From: Myxococcota bacterium
Lineage (GTDB): Bacteria; Myxococcota_A; UBA9160; JAFDDA01
Direction of reading: 5' to 3'
NCBI GenBank assembly: GCA_965228475.1
Contig: OZ245817.1
Span: 544,001-608,000 of the forward strand
Length of the DNA: 64,000 nt
Shown: positions 37,502-45,611 of the stretch, one piece after another
Layout of the letters: each line of letters begins with the position of its first letter
Position numbering within the stretch: the stretch's first letter is position 1
Notes under the pieces: generated by a model
The model's database searches: none
The model's input: only the letters and a program-made list of their open reading frames with translations
What the model was told of the DNA's origin: nothing
Translations under genes and position numbers: made by a program

Positions 37502-39784
37502 ATGTCCAAGCGTGGGGCTCGTGGGTTGCTTTGGTTGGCGCTTCTGTGCGCCGTGCCCGTCCCCATCCTGATCGCCGGGACCGGCTGGGTCCCGGTCCTG
37601 CGGCTTCTCATGATCTCGGCGCTGACCGTCGCCGTGATGTTGATCGAGAGCACGAAGGGCGCCGTCCCCCTGATGCTCCTCGTCTTCGGGCTCCAGGCAC
37701 TCGTGTTCGGGCTCGGTCTCTGGCTGCTGGCGTGGCTCGTGACGCGGGTTCTACCGGCGCGTCTCTGCGTCGGCCTCGCCGTCGTGGTGGCGCTCGGCGG
37801 AGCCGTCGCGTGGTTCGGCGGCTTCTACGCCGACCCGTATCGCGCCCTGCCCGCGAGCGCGGTCAACTTCACCGATCACGCGAAGGAGCCGCGGGCGCCC
37901 TACGACCCGACGTACCGCTACACCGAGCCGGCCCCGGAACCGGCGCTGCCCTTCGAGCGGACCGAGACGCGCGAGCCCTGCGACGAGTACGACGTGCATC
38001 GCCGCCCGTTCTGGGGCGACACCCACATCCACACCGCTTTCTCCTTCGACGCCTGGGGGCAGGGCACGCGCAACCGCCCGCGCGAGGCGTACCGCTTCGC
38101 CCGCGGCGGGAAGGTCGGCCTTCAGCCCTTCGCGGAGGACGGGCGGCCGCTGCGCAGCGCGCAGCTCGAGCGGCCCCTCGACTTCACCATGCTGAGCGAT
38201 CACTCCGAGATGCTCGGCGAGGTCCGCACCTGCCAGACCCCGGGGATGCCCGGCTACGACTCCTTCATCTGCCGGCTCGCGCGGCGCTGGCCCCTGCTCG
38301 GGTACGTCATCGTGAACAGCCAGAGCATGGATGAGGCGGATCCCGTCCGGTACAGCTTCTGCGGGCCCGGCGCGGACGACTGCCGCCGCGCGGCCCGGGC
38401 CGCCTGGCAGGAGATCCAGGACGCTGCCGAGGAAGCCTACGACCGAAGCGCCGCGTGCACCTTCACGAGCTTCGTCGGCTTCGAGTGGAGCGGGAACCCG
38501 GACTCGAACATGATCCACCGGAACGTCCTGTTCCGGAACGAGGACGTGCCCCAGACGCTCTCGAACTACATCGACGATCGCACCCAGGAGAAGTTCTGGG
38601 CCTGGCTCGACGAAGCGTGCCTCGAGGCGGGCGGCCGCTGCGACGTGCTCGCCATCCCGCACAACTCGAACATCTCGAACGGCGCGCTCTTCCCGCTCGC
38701 GCTGCCCGACGGTTCGCCGCTCTCCGCCGAGCACGCCGAGCTGCGGGCGCGCCTGGAAGTCCTGCTCGAGGTGACCCAGCACAAGGGCGATTCCGAATGC
38801 CGCTCACCGGCTCTCGGCGGAAGCGACGAAGCCTGTGCGTTCGAGACGCTTCCCTTCGCGCGGATGCGCGAGCAGGCGACCCCCTGGGAGCAGACCCGTC
38901 CGCCCCACATGAGCTACGCCCGCGAGATCCTGGGCGAAGGCCTCGTGCAGCACGCGAGGCTCGGGAAGAACCCGTTCCCCCTCGGTCTGATCGGCGCGAC
39001 CGACACGCACCTCGGCACGCCGGGCCTCGTCTCCGAGCGGGATTTCCCCGGGCACGCCGCGGGCCTCGCGAGCTCGCGGCTCGAGGTTCCGCCGCTCGTC
39101 GACGACATCATCATGAACCCCGGCGGGCTCCAGGCCGTCTGGGCCGAAGAGAACTCCCGCGACGCGCTGTTCGCCGCGATGCGCCGGCGTGAGACCTACG
39201 GCACCACGGGCCCGCGCATGGTGGTGCGGACCTTCGGCGGGCTCGACCTCCCGCAGGACCTGTGCGAGCGCGGCGACTTCGCGGCGCGCGGCTACGCCCA
39301 CGGCGTGCCGATGGGCTCGGAGTTGCGCGGCGCGCGCGAAGAGGAAGGCTTCTCGCTCGCCGTCTTCGCCCAGCGGGACCCGGGCACCGAGCGCTCCCCG
39401 AGCACGGCCCTCCAGAGGGTCCAGGTCGTGAAGATCTGGGAGGACGGCGGCGAAGCCCACGAGGCGGTCTTCGACGTCGCGGGGGACGCGGCGAACGGCG
39501 CGAGCGTCGACCTCGACACCTGCGAACCGCGCGGCGAGGGCTTCGATCAGCTCTGCACGGTCTGGCAGGACCCGGCCTTCGACCGCGAGGCCCACGCGCT
39601 CTACTACGTCCGGGTGCTCGAGAACCCGAGCTGCCGGTGGAGCACCTGGGCCTGCAACGCGCACCGTGTCACCTGCGAGGAGGGGGAGGACCTCCCGGGT
39701 GAGCTCGCCGCGTGCTGCGACCCCGAGGTCCCGAAGACGATCCAGGAGCGCGCCTGGACCTCGCCGATCTGGTTCACGCCCTAG
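37502..39784 (+). CDS. DUF3604 family PHP-like putative metallohydrolase with N-terminal TM helices
   Basis: WGDTHIHTAFSFDA, SDHSE, GFEWS, HRNV, IPHNSNISNG, EVTQHKGDSEC, TDTH, ETYGTTGPR, QERAWTSPIW. Confidence 0.85.
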   Translation: MSKRGARGLLWLALLCAVPVPILIAGTGWVPVLRLLMISALTVAVMLIESTKGAVPLMLLVFGLQALVFGLGLWLLAWLVTRVLPARLCVGLAVVVALGGAVAWFGGFYADPYRALPASAVNFTDHAKEPRAPYDPTYRYTEPAPEPALPFERTETREPCDEYDVHRRPFWGDTHIHTAFSFDAWGQGTRNRPREAYRFARGGKVGLQPFAEDGRPLRSAQLERPLDFTMLSDHSEMLGEVRTCQTPGMPGYDSFICRLARRWPLLGYVIVNSQSMDEADPVRYSFCGPGADDCRRAARAAWQEIQDAAEEAYDRSAACTFTSFVGFEWSGNPDSNMIHRNVLFRNEDVPQTLSNYIDDRTQEKFWAWLDEACLEAGGRCDVLAIPHNSNISNGALFPLALPDGSPLSAEHAELRARLEVLLEVTQHKGDSECRSPALGGSDEACAFETLPFARMREQATPWEQTRPPHMSYAREILGEGLVQHARLGKNPFPLGLIGATDTHLGTPGLVSERDFPGHAAGLASSRLEVPPLVDDIIMNPGGLQAVWAEENSRDALFAAMRRRETYGTTGPRMVVRTFGGLDLPQDLCERGDFAARGYAHGVPMGSELRGAREEEGFSLAVFAQRDPGTERSPSTALQRVQVVKIWEDGGEAHEAVFDVAGDAANGASVDLDTCEPRGEGFDQLCTVWQDPAFDREAHALYYVRVLENPSCRWSTWACNAHRVTCEEGEDLPGELAACCDPEVPKTIQERAWTSPIWFTP

Positions 39785-39870
39785 CCGCGCCGGCGCTTCC
39801 CGCGCCGTCGACGTTGAATCCGGCGCGCCGTTTGAGGTAGAACGGAGCGGGTTCCCGAGGAGCGAAGATC

Positions 39871-40674
39871 ATGGACGTGCTGGGGTATGCAGGCCGCAAG
39901 GTCGTCATCACGGGCGCCGCGTCGGGCATGGGCGCGGCGGCCGCGCGGATGCTCGTCGACCTCGGCGCCGAGGTCCACGCCCTCGACGTCGCCGCCGTCG
40001 AAGCGCCGGTGAAGCAATCCATCTCGGTCGACCTCGCGGACCCGGCTTCGATCGAGGCCGCCGCCGGGAAGCTTCCCGACCGCATCGACGTGCTCTTCCA
40101 CTGCGCCGGGGTCCCCGGGCCGCCGCGCTTCGATGCGGTCACCACGATGCTCGTGAACTTCATCGGGCTCCGACATCTGACGGAAGCGGTGGTCGACCGG
40201 GTGGCGGATGCCGGTGCCATCGCGAGCATCACCTCCGTGGCCGGCATGGGCTGGCAGAAGAACCTCGAGAACGTGAAGGCGCTGATGGAGGTCACGGACT
40301 TCGAGGCCGCCCGGGCCTGGTGTGCGGAGCGCCCGGACGTCGCGAACGGATACCTCTTCTCGAAGCAGTGCATCATCTACTACACGAAGGCGCTCGCGGT
40401 CCGGCTCCTGCCGAGGGAGGTCCGCGTGAACTGCATCTCGCCTTCGCCGACGGACACGGCGATGCTCCCGGACTTCCACGCCCAGGCCGGACAGGAGTTC
40501 ATCGACGAGCACTTCATGGCGCCGGTCGGCCGCAACGCGAGCCCCGAAGACATGGCGGGGCCGCTCGTCTTCCTCGGCAGCAAGCTGGCGGGGTTCATCT
40601 CCGGCCAGGATCTGACCGTCGACTACGGCTACAAGGCCTCGGTCGAAACGGGCGTGAAGGTCGGCCTGCTCTGA
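39871..40674 (+). CDS. Short-chain dehydrogenase/reductase (coniferyl-alcohol/3-alpha-hydroxysteroid dehydrogenase-like)
   Basis: TGAASGMG, VNFIGLR, YLFSK, VRVNCISPSPTDT. Confidence 0.88.
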   Translation: MDVLGYAGRKVVITGAASGMGAAAARMLVDLGAEVHALDVAAVEAPVKQSISVDLADPASIEAAAGKLPDRIDVLFHCAGVPGPPRFDAVTTMLVNFIGLRHLTEAVVDRVADAGAIASITSVAGMGWQKNLENVKALMEVTDFEAARAWCAERPDVANGYLFSKQCIIYYTKALAVRLLPREVRVNCISPSPTDTAMLPDFHAQAGQEFIDEHFMAPVGRNASPEDMAGPLVFLGSKLAGFISGQDLTVDYGYKASVETGVKVGLL

Positions 40675-40678
40675 GGCG

Positions 40679-41752
40679 CTAGGGCACGCTCGCGTTCACC
40701 CGCGCCGTGGCGGCCAGCAGATCGCCGATCTCCCAGTAGTCCACCGTGATGAAGTTCGGGATCTGGCCGTGGAAGTCGCCGCACAGCATCGCGCGGTCGC
40801 CGAGCTCCGGTTCCGGGTTCACGAGGGCCGCTGCGACGGGCGTGCCCGCCGTCGCGGTGATGAAGTGGTTCAGGATGAAGAGGTCCGCACCCGGCGTGCC
40901 GCGGTTGTCCGCGCAGCCGGCCTCCGAGAGCAGGAGATCCACGAGGAACTCCATCGGGTGGTCGAAGAGACTGAAGTCGTAGTCCGTCTCGAAGGCGAAG
41001 CTCCAGACGTAGTGATGCCAGGGCAGGCTCGCGCCGCCGTCGTCGGTCAGCACGACGAGGCGGCGGCCGGCGCGGATCATCTCGCGCAGGGTCGGCCAGG
41101 GCTGGCCCGGGGTCTGGGCGTGGGCGTAGTCGGCAAGCCCGCTCGCGGCGAAGGCCGCGGCCGTGTCCGCTTCCGAGATGTAGGACTCGAAGATGATCGA
41201 GACCACGGCGCCGGGGTTCGCATCGAGGAAGGTCCGGATCGTCGTGAGCCCGGCGACGAGGTCGATCTGGCCGAGGTACTGGCCCCCGAGCTTGCAGAAG
41301 GAGTGGCAGAGCCAGATGCCACCCTCGAAGTAGTGGGTGTCGAGCATCAGGCCCCGCACGCCGGCCTCGAGCTGCTCCGTCATGCCTTCGGTGTGGTTCG
41401 CCACGAGCGGGTCGAAGCCGTCGTCGAGGGCCGAGAAGGCGTTGTGTGTCGTGGCGTAGGCGACCGCGTCGAAGGGGCGGTCGCACAGCGCGGCGTCCCC
41501 GTTGCAGGCGAGGTCCGGCTGGTAGGAGGCCGTGAAGTCGCGGTCGGCCAGGTCGATGTCGCCGTCCTGGTCCTGGTCGGCGGGGAGGCAGGGCAGGCCG
41601 AGGGCCGGGTCGATGCCGAGGCAGGACTCGACGAAGGCGACGTCGGCGGCGTTCACGTGGCCGTCGAGGTTGGCGTCGCCCGGCTTCGGGCCGCAGCCGG
41701 GCGCGGTCGCGATGAGCAGCGGGAGTGCAAGAAGGAGAGGGAGCCGGCGCAT
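40679..41752 (-). CDS. Exported PI-PLC X-domain-like phosphodiesterase with N-terminal dockerin/EF-hand-like repeats
   Basis: Signal peptide; GDANLDGHVNAAD and DQDQDGDIDLAD; TTHNAF, QLEAGVRGLMLD, LCH, WPTLREMI, PNFITVDYW. Confidence 0.8.
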   Translation of the reverse strand: MRRLPLLLALPLLIATAPGCGPKPGDANLDGHVNAADVAFVESCLGIDPALGLPCLPADQDQDGDIDLADRDFTASYQPDLACNGDAALCDRPFDAVAYATTHNAFSALDDGFDPLVANHTEGMTEQLEAGVRGLMLDTHYFEGGIWLCHSFCKLGGQYLGQIDLVAGLTTIRTFLDANPGAVVSIIFESYISEADTAAAFAASGLADYAHAQTPGQPWPTLREMIRAGRRLVVLTDDGGASLPWHHYVWSFAFETDYDFSLFDHPMEFLVDLLLSEAGCADNRGTPGADLFILNHFITATAGTPVAAALVNPEPELGDRAMLCGDFHGQIPNFITVDYWEIGDLLAATARVNASVP

Positions 41753-41795
41753 CCGGGGATCATACCCGACTGGGCGCCTCGGCCGAAGCGCGCCT

Positions 41796-42494
41796 TCAGG
41801 GGTCGTAGGACAGGCCTCCGGTGCGCTCTGCAACGCGATCGACGAAGCGGCCGAGGGAAGGGTACTTCGAGAGCATGGCGCGTCCCCCGCTGAAGGTGTC
41901 CGTGTGCAGGCCCAGGAGCGCGGAGAAGACCGAGAGGTCGGCCCGCGAGAGCTCGTCCGAATGGAAGAAGTTGCGGTCGCCGAGCATCGCCACGAGGTCC
42001 GAGAGCCTCCGCTCGAATTCCGGGTCCGTGTTGCGCGCTTGCAGGTCGAAGGCGGCGTCACCGAGGCTCCCGTCGTCGTCGATCACGCCGAGCCGGGCCA
42101 GCGGGCCCATGCGGTTGCCTTCGGCGTCGTGGGTCTCGGGCGTGCTCTCGGCCTGGCGCGCGAGCCCTCGCAGCAGGTAGAAGCGGAAGGTCTCTCCGAC
42201 CCAGTCGGAGATGCGGCGCTGTTCCTTGGCGACCTTCGGATCGCGCGAGAGCAGGGGTGGCTCGGGAAAGCGCTCCTCGATCGCATCGAGAATCGCCTCC
42301 GAGTCACCGATCCGCTCGCCGTCGATCTCGAGGATCGGGAGGAGGCCCGTCTCGGGGCTCCACCGGCGAAGCTCCGCCGGGCTCCCGGGCTCGCGGAACT
42401 CGAAGGGGACCCCCTTCAGGCGCAGGGCACGGATCACCTTCTGGGTGAAGGGCGTGATGCGGAGTCCGAGCAGGACGAGGTGGGGATCGCTCAG
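41796..42494 (-). CDS. Glutathione S-transferase family protein (probable CTG start)
   Basis: ITPFTQKVIRALRLKG, PETGLLPIL, DSEAI, SRADLSVF. GAGGAG SD lies 6 nt before a CTG that overlaps the upstream TGA. Confidence 0.8.
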   Translation of the reverse strand: MSDPHLVLLGLRITPFTQKVIRALRLKGVPFEFREPGSPAELRRWSPETGLLPILEIDGERIGDSEAILDAIEERFPEPPLLSRDPKVAKEQRRISDWVGETFRFYLLRGLARQAESTPETHDAEGNRMGPLARLGVIDDDGSLGDAAFDLQARNTDPEFERRLSDLVAMLGDRNFFHSDELSRADLSVFSALLGLHTDTFSGGRAMLSKYPSLGRFVDRVAERTGGLSYDP

Positions 42495-43930
42495 GTTCGG
42501 CTCCTCGCCGGGGCGGTGGGTTCGGTTGCCGCGAAGAGGATAGCCGTGCCGTGCAGGGTGGCGACGACGTCCTGCGCGTCGAGGCGGTCGCGCGCCTGTT
42601 TCCACGGGCGGTCGAGCAGGCAGAGGTGCGCGGGGGCGCCGATCGCGATTCGGCGAGGGGAGGCGCCGGGTGCAGCGGCCGGGGTCGTGAAGAGCGCGAG
42701 CGCGCGCTCGGGAGGCAGCGCTTCGTCGGGAGCGAGGGCCGCACCCGCGGCGCTCCTCCGATCCACCGCCGCCTGCATCGCCCGCCAGGGGTCCGGGTCC
42801 CCGAACGGTGCATCGGTACCGCCTCCGAGCGCGACGCCGGCTTCGAGGAATCCCGCACACCGGTAGAGCCAGGGGAGCTCGCGGGCTTCCACTTCCTCGA
42901 GGTAGGCATCGCCCCGCTCGCGGATGAAGTTCGGCTGGGTGACGACGGCGACGCCGAGTGCGGCGAGCGTTCGAACCGCTTCGGGAGGAGCGATCGACGC
43001 GTGTTCGATGCGATCTCCCGAAAGCACGCCAGCGCCCTCGAGCGCCGCCGACGCGAACACCAGCTCCGTCCGGGTGACGCAATGGATCGCCACCGGCCGG
43101 CCGGCGGCGTGGCTCCGCGCGATCGCTCGCTCGAGCGCATCGAGGGTCGGGAGCCGCGACTCGCGCAGCAGGATCTTGAGCTCGCCGCGTTCGAGGCCCG
43201 GCGTGGTGGGCCGAGGCAGACCCTCGCTACCCATGATGCGGAGGGATTGCGTCAATGCACCCTTCGCGACGGCTTCGGCGAAATGCGCGAGCTCCTCGAG
43301 GCCATTGTGGGGCGTCGCGTCCGTGACGCCCGTGACGCCGAAGCCCGCGAGCTTGCGTCCGATGCGGGCGAGGTCCGGGAGGGCGCTCGATGGAAGTCGC
43401 TCTCGCAGCAGACCGTCGAGCCCGTGGAGGACGCCCGTCGGCCGGCCGCTCTCGTCGCGTTCGATTCCCTCGGCCGCAGTGTCTTCGTCTTCGAGACCGA
43501 GCGCGCGGAGCGCCGCGCCGTTCAGGAACCAGGCGGCGCCGCTCCGGTGTTGGATGCGCAGCGGGACCTCCGGCCGCAGCCGATCGAGCCGCCCCCGGTC
43601 GAGGCGCCCCGCCACGGACTCGTGGTAGCCGACGCCCCGAATCCAGCCTTCGATCGGCCTCGCCGCCGAGAGGCGGCGCTCGAGCTCCGCCGCGTCGTGC
43701 ACGGCCGGCGGGCCGCAGGGAACGGACTCTTCCGCGCGAGCCCAGGCCAACAGATGCAGGTGGTGGTCGTGGAGGCCCGGGAGCAGCGCGCCGCCGCGGG
43801 CCTCGATCGTCGCGGCTTCGTCCGGGAGGTCCGTGCCGATCGCCGCGATGCGGCCGTCCGAGATCCGCACGTCGCGAATCTCTCCGGCGAGGTCCACGCC
43901 GCGAAGCAGAAGGGCATCGGTGCGGCTCAT
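42491..43930 (-). CDS. Amidohydrolase family 3 (YtcJ-like) metal-dependent hydrolase
   Basis: PGLHDHHLH, GVTGVTDAT, VAIHCV, RIEHAS, GGTDAP; ATGA overlap with the upstream CoA-transferase. Confidence 0.9.
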   Translation of the reverse strand: MSRTDALLLRGVDLAGEIRDVRISDGRIAAIGTDLPDEAATIEARGGALLPGLHDHHLHLLAWARAEESVPCGPPAVHDAAELERRLSAARPIEGWIRGVGYHESVAGRLDRGRLDRLRPEVPLRIQHRSGAAWFLNGAALRALGLEDEDTAAEGIERDESGRPTGVLHGLDGLLRERLPSSALPDLARIGRKLAGFGVTGVTDATPHNGLEELAHFAEAVAKGALTQSLRIMGSEGLPRPTTPGLERGELKILLRESRLPTLDALERAIARSHAAGRPVAIHCVTRTELVFASAALEGAGVLSGDRIEHASIAPPEAVRTLAALGVAVVTQPNFIRERGDAYLEEVEARELPWLYRCAGFLEAGVALGGGTDAPFGDPDPWRAMQAAVDRRSAAGAALAPDEALPPERALALFTTPAAAPGASPRRIAIGAPAHLCLLDRPWKQARDRLDAQDVVATLHGTAILFAATEPTAPARSRT

Positions 43931-45165
43931 CGGATGCCGAACTCCCGAAGTACCGCGGCCGAGTCGGCGCCGAGGGCGCGGGCACGACCCCCGGCTTTCG
44001 GCGCTCGTGGCGGGCGCGCGGCGGGAACCGGCCCCGTGCGAACGGTTCCATCGAAGGCCCGCCGTGCCGCCCCGACGAGGGAGACGTCGACGCGGAGGCC
44101 ACCGTCTCCTTCGAGGGCGCGGAGCGCTTCGTCCGCCGCTTCGAGCCCCGCCAGCGGGTCCGCGATCGCGTCGCCGCAGAAGATCGGGCCGCGGCTCCGG
44201 CCCGACGCCCACCCGAGCCCTGCGGCGATCGCCGCGTCGTCGCCGAAGGCGACCCAGTCCGCACCCGGTCCGCGGGCGCCGTGGCCGGTGATCGAGAGCC
44301 AGCTGAGCCCCGGATGCTCCGCGAGGATCGCTTCGTCGTGCAGTCCGAGCTGGCGGAGGGCCCGCGGCCGCGAAGACTCGACGACGAGGTCGGCACGCGC
44401 GACGAGCCGCCGCAGGGCCTCTCGTCCCCCTCGCCGGGTGAAATCGAGCGCGACCGACTCCTTGCCGGCGTGGAGCCGGTCGAAGAACGCCGCCGGTCCG
44501 CCCCGCGCCGCATCCGGACGCGCCGTGCTCTCGACCTTGATGACGCGCGCGCCGGCGCGCGAGAGCAGCTGGGTGCAGAGCGGACCGGCCCAGAGCGACG
44601 AGAGGTCGATCACCACGGGCCGGGCGGGCGGGGCCGATCGGGCCAGGCCGAGCCGCTGGCGCCACGGCGGCCCGGCCGCGCGCCAACCTTCCGCGGCCGC
44701 CACGGCGAGGCCCATCATCCGCCCGCGCGCGACGAGTTCTTGGCAGCTCCGGTCCCCGACGGCGCTCGCGACGAACGCCCAGGTGTCTCCGCGCGCTTCG
44801 GCTTCGAGCCAGGCCGGGAGCAGGCTCCGGTCGTCGGGCCGCGCGAGGTTCAGGGCGATCCAGCCGTCTCGCGTGGCCAGCAGGCGGCACGAGCCGCCCG
44901 GCGAGACGCGCCCGCGCCGCCGGAGCCCGAGCACCGCCGCGCGTTCGCCGAGCAGGGAGGGTCCGTCGAGGGGTGGGAGCGCGTTCCCGACGCACGCCGC
45001 GGATCGGTCCTCGACGCGACTTGCGAGTTCCGCCGCACGCAGGGCGATCGACGCCGGCCCCACGCACGCGGAGCCGTCCGCCGGCCCCGTAAGGATCATC
45101 GCGCCGGAGCGAGCCCAGGCGTGCGTCGCCGGGTCCGGGGTCGTCGTCGCGTCGGGAGCGGCCAT
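43927..45165 (-). CDS. CaiB/BaiF family CoA-transferase (atypical N-terminal half)
   Basis: DLSSLWAGP, GARVIKVES, GKESVALD, ADLVVESSRP, IADPLAG. Confidence 0.85.
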   Translation of the reverse strand: MAAPDATTTPDPATHAWARSGAMILTGPADGSACVGPASIALRAAELASRVEDRSAACVGNALPPLDGPSLLGERAAVLGLRRRGRVSPGGSCRLLATRDGWIALNLARPDDRSLLPAWLEAEARGDTWAFVASAVGDRSCQELVARGRMMGLAVAAAEGWRAAGPPWRQRLGLARSAPPARPVVIDLSSLWAGPLCTQLLSRAGARVIKVESTARPDAARGGPAAFFDRLHAGKESVALDFTRRGGREALRRLVARADLVVESSRPRALRQLGLHDEAILAEHPGLSWLSITGHGARGPGADWVAFGDDAAIAAGLGWASGRSRGPIFCGDAIADPLAGLEAADEALRALEGDGGLRVDVSLVGAARRAFDGTVRTGPVPAARPPRAPKAGGRARALGADSAAVLREFGIR

Positions 45166-45214
45166 CGCGGAAAGCATACTCGGAGCGCGCGGGGGTCGGA
45201 TACAATCGGCCGCC

Positions 45215-45523
45215 ATGAAGCTTCCCACCGGTGCCCGGTTCAAGAGCGCCGTCTGTGAGACCCAGGTGATGGTGATCGCTGCGCCCGAGGAGGACCTCGC
45301 GGTCACCTGCGGCGGGGCGCCGCTCCTGCCCCTCGACGCCGAGACGCCGGGCGACGCGACCCTCGACCCCTCCGCCGCCGACGGCTGCCAGATCGGCAAA
45401 CGCTACGTCGACGCGTCCGGCGATCTCGAACTGCTGTGCACGAAAGCGGGCGCGGGCAGCCTCGCGCTCGCCGGCGAGCCGCTCGGGCTGAAGGGCGCAA
45501 AGCCCCTGCCGAGTTCGGACTGA
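45215..45523 (+). CDS. Small conserved-looking hypothetical protein with an internal tandem repeat and four Cys
   Basis: MKLPTGARFKSAVCETQVMV...CGGAPL...GKRYVDASGDLELLCTKAGAGSL; good codon usage; TACAAT 8 nt upstream. Confidence 0.8.
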   Translation: MKLPTGARFKSAVCETQVMVIAAPEEDLAVTCGGAPLLPLDAETPGDATLDPSAADGCQIGKRYVDASGDLELLCTKAGAGSLALAGEPLGLKGAKPLPSSD

Positions 45524-45533
45524 TCTCCACGCC

Positions 45534-45611
45534 ATGAAGCGGATGCCGCGGCTCGAGCGCGAACCCGAGCTCGTGCCCGTCGGGCCGCCGCGGCGGAGTG
45601 CCTCGCGATGA
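45534..45611 (+). CDS. Possible 25-aa bridging small ORF (MKRMPRLEREPELVPVGPPRRSASR)
   Basis: Fills the intergenic gap; its TGA overlaps the next ATG (ATGA). No SD evident. Confidence 0.3.
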   Translation: MKRMPRLEREPELVPVGPPRRSASR

